Assembly: GCA_965195285.1 (NCBI GenBank)
Contig: CBDAFS010000040.1
Span: 1-64,000, forward strand
Direction: 5' to 3'
DNA: 64,000 nucleotides
DNA from: an uncultured Aminicenantes bacterium
GTDB taxonomy: Bacteria; Acidobacteriota; Aminicenantia; UBA2199
Both the position numbers and the translations under genes were made by a program. Under the pieces are notes generated by a model, which saw only the letters and a list, made by a program, of their open reading frames with translations, made no database searches and was not told where the DNA came from. Of this stretch, positions 10,673-20,597 are shown one piece after another (position 1 is the first letter of the stretch; each line of letters opens with the position of its first letter).

Positions 10673-12576
10673 AGAAATTCTTTTTAACAACTCCAATTTA
10701 TTATGTTAATGATATCCCCCATATCGGGCATGCCTATACCACAATAATGGCAGATGTCATCAAACGATATAAAAAATTACGCGGCTATGAAGTATTCTTT
10801 CTGACCGGTACGGACGAGCATGGCCAGAAGATTGAAAAGAGTGCCGCCAACCAAAGTATCACCCCAAAAAAACTGGCGGATTCTGTGGTGATTCGTTTTA
10901 AGGAACTGTGGAAAACACTGAACATTGAGTATGATGAATTTATTCGGACGACAGATGACAATCACATTGAGGGAGTGCAAAATCTGTTTAAAATCATACA
11001 ACAAAAAGGGGATATTTACCCGGGAATTTACAAAGGTCATTATTGCATATCCTGTGAAGGTTTTGTTTCGGAAACAGCAGAGAATACCGGAGATGGCAAT
11101 AAAATATGTCCGGATTGTGAGAAAAAAACCACTCCCTTAACCGAGAAATGTTACTTTTTCAGATTATCCGCCTATCAAGACCGATTGTTGAAGTTTTACC
11201 AAGAAAACCCTGATTTTATCATCCCCAAATCAAGACTGAATGAAGTTATTTCATTTGTAAAAATGGGACTCAAGGATCTGAGCATTACCCGGTCAACAGT
11301 TAAATGGGGAGTAACGGTTCCCGGCGATGAGGCCCAGACCATCTATGTCTGGTTTGATGCCCTGACCAACTATATCACAGCCATCGATTATCATAAACCA
11401 GGGAGTCAGTTTGAAAAATATTGGCCGGCTGACCTTCATATCATGGCCAAAGATATCCTTAAGTTTCACGCCGTTTACTGGCCGGCTTTCCTGATGGCTG
11501 CCGACATCAAACTGCCACGGCAAGAACTTGTTCATGGCTGGTGGCTTAAAGATGAAAAAAAGATGTCAAAATCCACTGGAAACGTACTGGACCCCCAAAT
11601 TATATTAAAACACTTTAGCTCCGATGCCATCCGTTATTTTATGATGAGAGAAGCCTCAATCGGAACCGATGGAAATTTCTCTCACCAGGGATTTATTACC
11701 CGGATAAACACGGACCTGGCCAATGATTGGGGAAACCTTATTTCCAGGACTACCGGTATGATCAGTAAATATTTTAAAAACAATCTCAAACTCGAATCAG
11801 AATATGGAGAAAAAGAGCTGGCCCTGCAGGAAAACTATCTATCCCTGGAAAAGGACGTCATGTCCCTCTTTGACAATTACCAATACAACAAGGGGATTGA
11901 AAAAATTTTTGAATATATCCGGAATTTAAACCGATACATCGTTGAATCCGAGCCCTGGAACCTGGCAAAATCCAAAGAAAAAACCCCGATTCTCTCCGGC
12001 ATCCTGAAAACCCTGCTCAGGGGAATTCTAAGTGTCAATACTCTGCTATCCCCCATCATTCCGGACTCTTCCGAAAAGGTAAAGAAAATTTGCAATTTCT
12101 CCGGAACCGGTCTGGGCTGGCAAGATCCCGGTGAAAATATTGAACTCAATGATGGCGAACAATTGTTTCCCCGTGTTGATATTGAAGATTTTTTCGCCGA
12201 TAACGATTCAAAGGAGGATAATAAAATGGATCAGGAACCAAATACAGAAGGTATGATTGAATTCGATGATTTTAAGAAAGTGGAAATGGTGGTCGCACTG
12301 GTACTGCAGGCCCAGAAAGTTCAGGACACTGAGAAATTGATTCAATTGAAAGTGGATACCGGAACTGAAGAACGAACCCTGGTGGCCGGAGTTGCGCTTT
12401 ATTACCAGCCGGAAGACCTGCTAAACAAAAAAATCATCATTGTAAAAAACTTAAAACCGGTTAAAATCAGAGGCATCCTTTCCCAGGGCATGATACTGGC
12501 AGCTTCGGATGCGGAAGGAAGGCCATATATTCCGATTATTCCGGAAGAAACCCCGGTGGGCGCCATATTAACCTGA
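10669..12576 (+). CDS. metG: Methionyl-tRNA synthetase with C-terminal tRNA-binding domain
   Basis: TTPIYYVN, HIGH, Zn-knuckle CxxC...CxxC, KMSKS and C-terminal OB domain (NLKP...SQGMILAA). Confidence 0.96.
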   Translation: MKKFFLTTPIYYVNDIPHIGHAYTTIMADVIKRYKKLRGYEVFFLTGTDEHGQKIEKSAANQSITPKKLADSVVIRFKELWKTLNIEYDEFIRTTDDNHIEGVQNLFKIIQQKGDIYPGIYKGHYCISCEGFVSETAENTGDGNKICPDCEKKTTPLTEKCYFFRLSAYQDRLLKFYQENPDFIIPKSRLNEVISFVKMGLKDLSITRSTVKWGVTVPGDEAQTIYVWFDALTNYITAIDYHKPGSQFEKYWPADLHIMAKDILKFHAVYWPAFLMAADIKLPRQELVHGWWLKDEKKMSKSTGNVLDPQIILKHFSSDAIRYFMMREASIGTDGNFSHQGFITRINTDLANDWGNLISRTTGMISKYFKNNLKLESEYGEKELALQENYLSLEKDVMSLFDNYQYNKGIEKIFEYIRNLNRYIVESEPWNLAKSKEKTPILSGILKTLLRGILSVNTLLSPIIPDSSEKVKKICNFSGTGLGWQDPGENIELNDGEQLFPRVDIEDFFADNDSKEDNKMDQEPNTEGMIEFDDFKKVEMVVALVLQAQKVQDTEKLIQLKVDTGTEERTLVAGVALYYQPEDLLNKKIIIVKNLKPVKIRGILSQGMILAASDAEGRPYIPIIPEETPVGAILT

Positions 12577-12620
12577 AGAATCACCCGAAACCAGATTCAA
12601 GCCAAGGAATAATACCCGGA

Positions 12621-13688
12621 GTGTCCAGAATGAAAATTTCCATATTCATTATTTGTATTTTCATTTTTATTTCCATTTTCAGCCAGGATACCCGCCCGAT
12701 CAGAGATGATATCGGGTATTGCTGGCAACCGGATCAGTTCAATCGACTGATCAAATTCTTGGAACCCAATGAACATAGCCAATTCAATCATTTAAAACTG
12801 ATAGCAGGTATTTCTCCCCACGATGATTATTTATACGCTGCCCAGGTCTATTATCCCCTGTTCAAAAATATAAATACCAAAGAGGTTATCATTTTTGGTG
12901 TGACCCACAGTACGGTCAGGAAGAAAATCGGAAATCCTCAAAACATACTGATATTTGATGATTTTCGCTTTTGGTCAGGCCTGGAGCACAAGGTTCAAAT
13001 TTCGCCTTTGAGGGAGTTCCTGAAAAAGAAGATGGCCGGAAAATATTTCCTCACCAGTAACCTGGCCCATCTACTGGAACATTCCATAGAGGCCACCATT
13101 CCATTTTTACAGCATTTTAATCCGGGGATCAGAATCACACCCATCATGGTTACCGGAATGCCTTTTGAGAAAATGGAAAAAATATCTGATGAGATTTCCC
13201 AATTCATATCCATTTATATACAGAAAAATCATTTGCACCTTGGAAGGGATATATTTTTTCTCATTTCCTCGGATGCCAATCACTATGGCCAGGATTTCAA
13301 CAATACCTGTTTTGGCCAGGATGCCCGAGCTCATCAGTTGGCAACCGCCCAGGATATAAAAATCGCCCGGACCTATCTCTCTGGTCATATCTCAAAAGCA
13401 AAAATAAAAGGCTTGACCCGATCACTGTGGGGTAAAAATTATCGGGATTACAACAACACCCTTTGGTGCGGGAAATATTCCTTACCCTTCGGAATGATGA
13501 CTATTCTGAAAGTTGTAGAAAATATATATGGCGAAGGGATTCTAAGGGGAAATATTTTTTGTTATTCTGATACTTACAGCAATGGAGTTTTGCCGATAAA
13601 AAAAACCGGTTGCGGCATTACAGCGCCGTTTTCATTAAAACACTGGGTAGGATATTTTTCTGCTGGCTTCTTCCTGGATAAGAATTGA
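12621..13688 (+). CDS. MEMO1/AmmeMemoRadiSam protein B family, with N-terminal signal peptide
   Basis: ISPHDDYLY, EHSIE, ISSDANHYG, WCG and WVGY motifs. Confidence 0.75.
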   Translation: MSRMKISIFIICIFIFISIFSQDTRPIRDDIGYCWQPDQFNRLIKFLEPNEHSQFNHLKLIAGISPHDDYLYAAQVYYPLFKNINTKEVIIFGVTHSTVRKKIGNPQNILIFDDFRFWSGLEHKVQISPLREFLKKKMAGKYFLTSNLAHLLEHSIEATIPFLQHFNPGIRITPIMVTGMPFEKMEKISDEISQFISIYIQKNHLHLGRDIFFLISSDANHYGQDFNNTCFGQDARAHQLATAQDIKIARTYLSGHISKAKIKGLTRSLWGKNYRDYNNTLWCGKYSLPFGMMTILKVVENIYGEGILRGNIFCYSDTYSNGVLPIKKTGCGITAPFSLKHWVGYFSAGFFLDKN

Positions 13689-13790
13689 ATCATGATCACG
13701 ATGTCAGTAATCAATTAACTGGCTGAGATTTCCCCGATTGATTCAGCAATACCTTTACAGAAAAAAGGATAAATGGGATAATATACCAAA

Positions 13791-14555
13791 ATGAGAGACG
13801 ATATCTGCAACATAGTTGAGAACATTCAAATTCAAGGAGAATATTATTTATTAAAGATCCATTCGGAATATATTTCTACCCGGGCCATACCGGGAAATTT
13901 TATTATGATCAGTACATCCTCTGCCATGGAACCTTTATTGAAGCGACCATTTGGAATATTTGAGACCGTTCCTCCCAACATTTGGATCTATTATCAGGTG
14001 GTTGGCAAAGGAACCCGATTGGTTTCAGAGCTCAAACCCGGTGATAAAATTTCAGTCCTGGGACCTCTGGGAAATTCTTTTCCCCCGGTAACCAATCAAT
14101 CAATTCTCATGATTGCCGGTGGAAGGGGGATCGCACCGATTCATTTTGCCATCAAAAAATACCAAAAAGAGAACAAAATCAGCTTAATTTACGGTGCCAG
14201 ATCCAAACATGATCTTAATCTCCTGGATCTGCTGAAACCCTTAACCCTGCAAGCATTATTATTGTATTCGGATGACGGAAGTATCGGTAAGAGGGGAAAT
14301 GTAACCACCGACCTCAGAAAAACCATTCAAAAAAATAGTATAAGCATCACCTTTTCCTGCGGACCAGACAATATGTTTAAAAGTATTTACCAGGTCACCC
14401 GCGAACTGAAAACCCGAGACTATGCCTCCCTGGAGGCATTGATGGGCTGTGGTTTTGGTATATGCTACAGCTGTGTAATTCAAACCAGAAAAAGTGGTTA
14501 CCAGAAGGTTTGCACCGATGGCCCCATTTTTGATATGGATGAGATAGCGTGGTAG
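13791..14555 (+). CDS. pyrK: Dihydroorotate dehydrogenase electron transfer subunit
   Basis: RPF, GPLGN, AGGRGIAP, CGP and MGCGFGICYSC...VCTDGP 2Fe-2S motif. Confidence 0.92.
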   Translation: MRDDICNIVENIQIQGEYYLLKIHSEYISTRAIPGNFIMISTSSAMEPLLKRPFGIFETVPPNIWIYYQVVGKGTRLVSELKPGDKISVLGPLGNSFPPVTNQSILMIAGGRGIAPIHFAIKKYQKENKISLIYGARSKHDLNLLDLLKPLTLQALLLYSDDGSIGKRGNVTTDLRKTIQKNSISITFSCGPDNMFKSIYQVTRELKTRDYASLEALMGCGFGICYSCVIQTRKSGYQKVCTDGPIFDMDEIAW

Positions 14556-15460
14556 ATTTAACGGTTGACCTGGGATTTATTTGTCTGAAAAACCCGGTGA
14601 TACCTGCATCCGGGACTTTCGGTTATGGAGAGGAATTTTTTCCGTTTTTTAATCTGGACCAGCTGGGAGCCCTGGTTCTGAAGGGCATTTATAAAAACAA
14701 GCGCCAGGGTAATCCCCCGCCCCGGATCTGGGAAACGCCTTGCGGATTATTGAATTCAATTGGCCTGCCAGGACCCGGAGCAGATGAATTACGCCAGATC
14801 ATAAAACAATTGCACCAAAGAACCTCAACACCTATCATTGTTAATGTATGCGGCCAAACCGATGATGAGTATCTGGAAGTAGCCGAATGTTTTGACCGAA
14901 TGAAGCAAGTCGCTATTCTCGAACTCAACATATCCTGTCCCAATATCAAAACCGGAGGACGCTGCCCGGCCCAGGATGACGAGCATACTTACCGCTTGGT
15001 CAACCGGATTAAACAGCATACCTCCACACCCTTGATGGTGAAACTTTCTCCCAATGTACCTGATATCTCTACCATTGCCATCTCTGCTCAAGAAGCCGGT
15101 GCCGATTGTATATCCCTGGTCAACACCTTCCTGGGATTGGCAGTCGATCTGAAATCCAGGAAACCCATCTTCAAAAATATTTACGCAGGCCTTTCCGGAC
15201 CAGCTATAAAACCAATGGCTCTAAGACTGGTATGGGAAGTCGCCAACAACGTTCATATTCCGGTTATTGGAATGGGCGGGATCACGACCGGGCAGGATGT
15301 TCTGGAATTTATGTTGGCCGGAGCCACCGCTGTTCAGATTGGTACCATCAACCTGGTCGAACCGGCAGCTTCAATCAGAATTATTAAGGAGATCAAGGAA
15401 ACAATGGAACAACTGGATATTGCAAATTTAAAAGAGTTGACCGGGAAATTGCAAACATGA
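14549..15460 (+). CDS. pyrD: Dihydroorotate dehydrogenase family 1B catalytic subunit
   Basis: ASGTFGYG, ELNISCPN, VKLSPN, GLSGPAIKP. Confidence 0.95.
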   Translation: MVDLTVDLGFICLKNPVIPASGTFGYGEEFFPFFNLDQLGALVLKGIYKNKRQGNPPPRIWETPCGLLNSIGLPGPGADELRQIIKQLHQRTSTPIIVNVCGQTDDEYLEVAECFDRMKQVAILELNISCPNIKTGGRCPAQDDEHTYRLVNRIKQHTSTPLMVKLSPNVPDISTIAISAQEAGADCISLVNTFLGLAVDLKSRKPIFKNIYAGLSGPAIKPMALRLVWEVANNVHIPVIGMGGITTGQDVLEFMLAGATAVQIGTINLVEPAASIRIIKEIKETMEQLDIANLKELTGKLQT

Positions 15461-16143
15461 AAGACAGGATAATTATTGCCCTGGATACCGATAGTTACCG
15501 AGAAGCCACAATGCTGGTAGACCGGCTTCCGGATGCAGTAATATTCAAAGTTGGCCTGCAGGCGTTTTTGAAGTTCGGAACCCCGATCATTGACTACTTA
15601 AAAAGTAAAAATAAAAAAGTATTTCTGGATTTGAAATTCAAGGATATCCCCAACTCCATATATGGAGCTATAAAGTCCTGTTTGAAATTTTCTCCTGACT
15701 TTCTCACCATTCATCTAAGCGGCGGAGCTGATATGATCAAAAAAGCGTTAGAAGCTGCAAGCTCTGAGCCTGGCTTAACTATATTAGGCGTCACCATATT
15801 AACCTCATTAACAAACAACGATCTAATTGAAACCGGCATTAATCTACCTACAGATCTAGCAGTTCTTCAATTATGTGAACTGGGAATAAAAAACGGATTA
15901 AATGCCTTTGTGTGTTCCCCATTGGAAATTGAACCTATAAAAGATAGATTTGGGAAGGATATCATTTTAGTAACTCCGGGGATTCGACCTCTATGGTCAG
16001 CTAAAGGCGACCAAAAAAGAGTATTTACCCCAAAGATGGCTATGGAAAAAGGTAGCAATTACCTGGTCATCGGCAGGCCGATTACCCAAAATGAAAATCC
16101 CCAGGCCGCCTTCAAAAAAATCTTAGAGGAAATTGAGAAATAA
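15457..16143 (+). CDS. pyrF: Orotidine-5'-phosphate decarboxylase
   Basis: IIALD, FLDLKFKDIPN, VTPGIR, DQKR, VIGRPIT. Confidence 0.95.
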   Translation: MKDRIIIALDTDSYREATMLVDRLPDAVIFKVGLQAFLKFGTPIIDYLKSKNKKVFLDLKFKDIPNSIYGAIKSCLKFSPDFLTIHLSGGADMIKKALEAASSEPGLTILGVTILTSLTNNDLIETGINLPTDLAVLQLCELGIKNGLNAFVCSPLEIEPIKDRFGKDIILVTPGIRPLWSAKGDQKRVFTPKMAMEKGSNYLVIGRPITQNENPQAAFKKILEEIEK

Positions 16144-16254
16144 TATCTCCAACCAAATTTTAAACTCAAACATAATTCGAATACTTTAACATTCTTTACT
16201 AATGTCTTTAATGACATTAATAATATCATTTTTTGTTATATAAAAAGTAGCATG

Positions 16255-16440
16255 TGGGGGGTCAGTTCTTTCATTATAGCATGAGAAACTATCAAGCACC
16301 GGCAACTTTAAGTTTGTTACAATGTTTCACATCGTCCCCCATTTTCCCAGATATAGAAAAAAAATCCTGTTAAATAAATGGGATGTGTCCCTATTTAAAT
16401 TATAGAAAAAAAATCAAAATTCCAAAAGACCGTCCCTTTT
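16255..16440. repeat. Cluster of degenerate short palindromic/REP-like motifs between convergent pyrF and asnS
   Basis: AAATGGGATGTGTCCCTATTT imperfect palindrome (~16376-16396), related GTCCCC/GTCCCT half-sites, and TATAGAAAAAAAATC present twice. Confidence 0.35.
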
Positions 16441-16479
16441 ATACGGATTGATTTAGAGAACACCCTGCGAAACTTTCTC

Positions 16480-17778
16480 TTAAGGATAGAGGTTGTAGAG
16501 CATCCGTGGAAAGGGAATTGATTCCCGTATGTGAGTCAGGTGGCAGATCCAGGCCACGGTCCTCTCAAGTCCCAGGCCAAACCCGGAGTGGGGAACAGAT
16601 CCAAACCTTCTCAGGTCCAGATACCATTTGAATACTTCGGGAGATAGTTTGTGAGTTTCAATTCGTCTCATTAACAGTTCATAGTCATGAACTCGCTGAC
16701 TTCCCCCGACCAGCTCACCATAACCTTCCGGAGCAATGATATCCATACACAATGCTTTTTCCGGATCCTCTTTGTCAGGTTGCATATAAAAAGATTTGAT
16801 ACTGGCCGGATAATGGGTAATCACAACCGGTTTTTCAAATTGCTCGGAAATGATGGTTTCATCAGTTGCCCCCAGATCTTCTCCATAGGGCGTCTGGGAT
16901 TTTTCCGATTTTTTCAATATATTAAAAGCCTCATCATAGGTAATCCGGGGAAAAGGAGCCTTGATTTTATTCAGAGGTTTGATATCCCTCTTCAGAATTT
17001 CCAGTTCGGGCATTCTTGTTTCCAGGGTTTTTTCAACCACATATACCAGTAAATCCTGGGCCAGCTGGATGGCATCATCCAGTTCCGCATAGGCCCATTC
17101 GGGTTCCATCATCCAGAACTCGATCAGATGCCGCCGGGTTTTTGATTTTTCTGCCCTGAATGTTGGGCCAAAAGTATAGACCTTACCCAGGGCCAATGCC
17201 GTGGCTTCCGCATAAAGCTGCCCACTCTGAGAAAGGTATGCTTTCTCGTCAAAATAGGAGGTTTCAAAAAGAGTGGTGGTCCCCTCCGCAGCATTGGCGG
17301 TCAAAATGGGCGGATCGGTCAGTATGAAGCCCTGTCCATCCATGAAATCCCGTATGGCCTTTATGATGGCGGCTCTTATTCTTAGAATAGCCACCTGCTT
17401 TGTGGATCTAAGCCAGAGATGTCGGTTTTCCATTAAAAAAGCAACTCCATGATCCTTTTTTGATATGGGATATTCTTCCGCTATTTGAACCGTATTGATA
17501 TCGCTAATCTCCAATTCAAAACCTCCGGGAGCACGATCATCTTTTTTTACCTTTCCCTTTACTACCAGGCTCGATTCCTGGGTTAACTCATTGAATATCT
17601 TAAACAAATGAAAATCCGGATCCTTGGACCATATCATGGCCTGGAGAATTCCAGTTCCATCACGCAGAATGATAAATTTGACCCGTCCGCTGTCCCGTTT
17701 ATTGTAAACCCATCCCTTAATGATGACTTCCTGTTCAACATATTGTGAAATATTCTCGATGTATATCCAATTTTTCAT
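16480..17778 (-). CDS. asnS: Asparaginyl-tRNA synthetase
   Basis: LRDGTG, YLSQSGQLY, FRAEKSKTRRHL, HSGFGLGLER; start moved to ATG 17778 (MKNWIY). Confidence 0.94.
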   Translation of the reverse strand: MKNWIYIENISQYVEQEVIIKGWVYNKRDSGRVKFIILRDGTGILQAMIWSKDPDFHLFKIFNELTQESSLVVKGKVKKDDRAPGGFELEISDINTVQIAEEYPISKKDHGVAFLMENRHLWLRSTKQVAILRIRAAIIKAIRDFMDGQGFILTDPPILTANAAEGTTTLFETSYFDEKAYLSQSGQLYAEATALALGKVYTFGPTFRAEKSKTRRHLIEFWMMEPEWAYAELDDAIQLAQDLLVYVVEKTLETRMPELEILKRDIKPLNKIKAPFPRITYDEAFNILKKSEKSQTPYGEDLGATDETIISEQFEKPVVITHYPASIKSFYMQPDKEDPEKALCMDIIAPEGYGELVGGSQRVHDYELLMRRIETHKLSPEVFKWYLDLRRFGSVPHSGFGLGLERTVAWICHLTHIRESIPFPRMLYNLYP

Positions 17779-17784
17779 TTTGAA

Positions 17785-17813
17785 ATTATAATTTTTTTTC
17801 ATGACCAAGTCAA
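17785..17813 (-). promoter_or_regulatory. Sigma70 promoter of asnS, predicted leaderless
   Basis: TTGACT-17 nt-TATAAT, then 6 nt to ATG; no SD. Confidence 0.75.
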
Positions 17814-17862
17814 ACTTAATAAATCAGAAAAATCTCCATCAGGAAATGAAATAAAAAAAGTT

Positions 17863-19260
17863 TTAATAGGCTGAATAAATAAAATCCGGCTTTAATATAT
17901 TCAAATATCCTTTGATCAATCTGGCATTGCCGGTAATGACAATTATTTCAGGTCTTCTTATATGGTTGCCATTCCGGGCCATGAATTTAAAATTTCCAAT
18001 AAATCGGTTCAAATTGTCCAGAGTGACTTTCTGAAATATATTCGGAGAAATGGCAATATTCTTTTCTTCCAAATTTAATATACTTTTCTTGATTTCCATC
18101 TGAACATCATGGTTGAAGTTGGAGGAGTCCACTTTTGCCCGGCCCAGAAAAAAATTCAAAGAGTCGAGGTATTCCTTTCTATCGATTTTTCTCTTGGTCA
18201 ATTTCCTGGTTTCGCTGTCTACCAGCATAATAAATCTCTCAATATCACTGTAGTTGATCTTTATGGTATTGCAGAGAACCGACACCTGATAATGATTGAT
18301 CACTTCCGTCTCAATTTTTCGGATATTTCTGATTCCATACACGGCTGCCCTTTTGTACACCACCCCGATGGGATAGTTAAACAGAATATTATTCATCACT
18401 GTCCAAAGCATGTGATTGTTGCCACCTAAAGAGGGAATGGCCTGGAACCAGAAAATAATCGGGGATTCATTGCTGGCAACATCCAATACAATGATTTTGC
18501 GATTATCAATCACCTTTAATTCTTCTGCCAATGTTTCTTGTTTTTCTGCTTTTTTAAAAGATTTCAAATCCTTTTCAATCATCCCGAAAGTAATATGTGG
18601 ATTCAGATCACCTTTTAATAAAAGTAATGAATTGCCAAGCCGGAAGGTGCTCCGATAAAAAGACCGTACCTGGGCCAGATTTATCTTCAACAGGGAATCC
18701 GCATCAATCACCGTATTACCCAGAGCGTGGTCAGGGAAAAGATGGGAATAGGCATATTGACGGGCCATGATCTTCTCCCATTCGCTTTTCCTCATGAAAT
18801 GTCTGCGGTAGTTGGATATGCTGTCATTGTAACGTTTAAGTCCGAATGACTTGTAACGAAAGAGTTCATCGAGAAATTGAGTGAAAAGTGATATCCGGCC
18901 AGGTAAGAAATTTAAACTTATTTTCAGGTAGTCAACCCGATGTTCAATCTGGAAATCATTTCCCATCCGCTTCAAAACGCTCAACAGATTTGGAGTTGTA
19001 TTGTGAATATCCGGATTAAACATATTCTCAACGGTCAGATATGAAATGGCTGGATTAATTTTATCAGGGTAAAAAATCAAAATCTCAGCATGGATAAAAC
19101 CAATGGCATTGCTCTTCAGAATTTTGATGGACAATCCCTTGGCACTGACGAACGTGGTCACCTCAGAGAAAAGGGTAAATGACATCAACTGGGTCAATAA
19201 AACAAATAGGAAAAGGGCGTTGATTAAGTTTCTATTTCTTGTACACATTGAGAATAACAA
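17863..19260 (-). CDS. M16 (insulinase) family non-catalytic subunit
   Basis: Signal-like N-terminus, HALGN/INLAQVRSFY-type M16 segments, no HXXEH; paired with the neighbouring M16 gene; start uncertain. Confidence 0.6.
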   Translation of the reverse strand: MLFSMCTRNRNLINALFLFVLLTQLMSFTLFSEVTTFVSAKGLSIKILKSNAIGFIHAEILIFYPDKINPAISYLTVENMFNPDIHNTTPNLLSVLKRMGNDFQIEHRVDYLKISLNFLPGRISLFTQFLDELFRYKSFGLKRYNDSISNYRRHFMRKSEWEKIMARQYAYSHLFPDHALGNTVIDADSLLKINLAQVRSFYRSTFRLGNSLLLLKGDLNPHITFGMIEKDLKSFKKAEKQETLAEELKVIDNRKIIVLDVASNESPIIFWFQAIPSLGGNNHMLWTVMNNILFNYPIGVVYKRAAVYGIRNIRKIETEVINHYQVSVLCNTIKINYSDIERFIMLVDSETRKLTKRKIDRKEYLDSLNFFLGRAKVDSSNFNHDVQMEIKKSILNLEEKNIAISPNIFQKVTLDNLNRFIGNFKFMARNGNHIRRPEIIVITGNARLIKGYLNILKPDFIYSAY

Positions 19261-20539
19261 GATTTTCTTTTACCAAGTATTTCTTGCTCATTTCTATTAT
19301 ATCATATTGAGAGATTTTTCTGATTCTTTTCAGGACATTTTTTTCAAAATTCAGATTTCCAAATAGATGATAATGTTCGGCCAAAATATAGCTTCTCCTG
19401 TCAAGCTTGCTCATGTTTTTTTGAAAATCGATTTCCATCAATGATTTTACCATTTTAAGATTGGCGCTGGACAGGGGAAATTTTTGTAGTGCTTCTAACT
19501 CTTTTTCCAAAATATATTTTGCCTTAGCAATTTCCAACCTGATGGGAGAATCCATTTTCATGATCAGGGCATTTGATTCAATATGATTGGAGTACTCATA
19601 GGTGATCTTAACATCAAGGTTGTTAACCTGGTTGATCATTTTTTCCAATTTGGAAATGCGGGTATCCAATAAATAATAGCGAATAAATTCAAAATACAGA
19701 TGATCATAACTCAATTTACCAGGAGCTCGAATGCCCAAGCACACAAAATTCTTGGCCAAATCTTTAATTAACCAATTCTTGTTTATATATTTTTTATGGG
19801 GTTCATTGATCACATAATTCCGCTGACGGGGAAACTTCATGAAAACATTGTGGGAAAAATGTTTCTCGACCCATTGAATGATTTGCGAAGTATTGAAGCG
19901 TCCTGAGATAACCATGATGATATCAGACGGATTTCGATAAAACTCATAGGTGTTTTTAACTTTTTGGTTGCTGAAGGTTCTGATTTTTTCAACACTTCCG
20001 TATACCGGTATTTCATAAACCGTGTTCTCAAAAACCTTGCTCCTGACCCAATCCTTAGCCCTGAAACCGATATTGGAATTTATCAATCTGTAAACTCTCT
20101 TATAAATATTACCCTTTTGAATATTGATATCCCTGTCCGTTATTTTCAGTGATTTAATGCGTTCACTTTCCAGCCATAACGCATTATTCATTTTATCATC
20201 CGGGATTACCTGATAAAAAATCGAATTGTCATAATTGACTCTCCCGATGCTGATACCACCATTTTTCTTAATAAACATGATCCGGTCATAGGGATCGAGA
20301 TTCTCGGTTCCCAAAAACATCAAGTATTGATATAGATAGGAAGCGCCTCTAATATCAATGGGATTATCCCTCACCCCCGTTTTATGATAGAAAAAAACAC
20401 AGGCTGCCTCAATATTTTCTACCGGTGATAATATGAGTGTAAAACCGTTTGGCAATTTGCTCACACTGGATTTTGTCTGAGCAATTAAAAAAAGACCGAT
20501 GCCAATAAATATCAAATAAAAAAGAAGAAATTTCTTCAC
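19232..20539 (-). CDS. M16 family peptidase-like protein with degenerate metal site
   Basis: LPNGF, GVRD, ALWLESERI and PVYG are typical of M16, but the HXXEH position reads YLYQY; GTG 20539 proposed as start. Confidence 0.75.
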   Translation of the reverse strand: MKKFLLFYLIFIGIGLFLIAQTKSSVSKLPNGFTLILSPVENIEAACVFFYHKTGVRDNPIDIRGASYLYQYLMFLGTENLDPYDRIMFIKKNGGISIGRVNYDNSIFYQVIPDDKMNNALWLESERIKSLKITDRDINIQKGNIYKRVYRLINSNIGFRAKDWVRSKVFENTVYEIPVYGSVEKIRTFSNQKVKNTYEFYRNPSDIIMVISGRFNTSQIIQWVEKHFSHNVFMKFPRQRNYVINEPHKKYINKNWLIKDLAKNFVCLGIRAPGKLSYDHLYFEFIRYYLLDTRISKLEKMINQVNNLDVKITYEYSNHIESNALIMKMDSPIRLEIAKAKYILEKELEALQKFPLSSANLKMVKSLMEIDFQKNMSKLDRRSYILAEHYHLFGNLNFEKNVLKRIRKISQYDIIEMSKKYLVKENLVILNVYKK

Positions 20540-20545
20540 AGTCAT

Positions 20546-20574
20546 ATTTTAACGGGACAATAAAATATAGTCAA
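20546..20574 (-). promoter_or_regulatory. Sigma70 promoter of the M16 pair, predicted leaderless
   Basis: TTGACT-17 nt-TAAAAT, then 6 nt to GTG. Confidence 0.65.
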
Positions 20575-20597
20575 TTGTATTCAATTTGAAAAACCGA

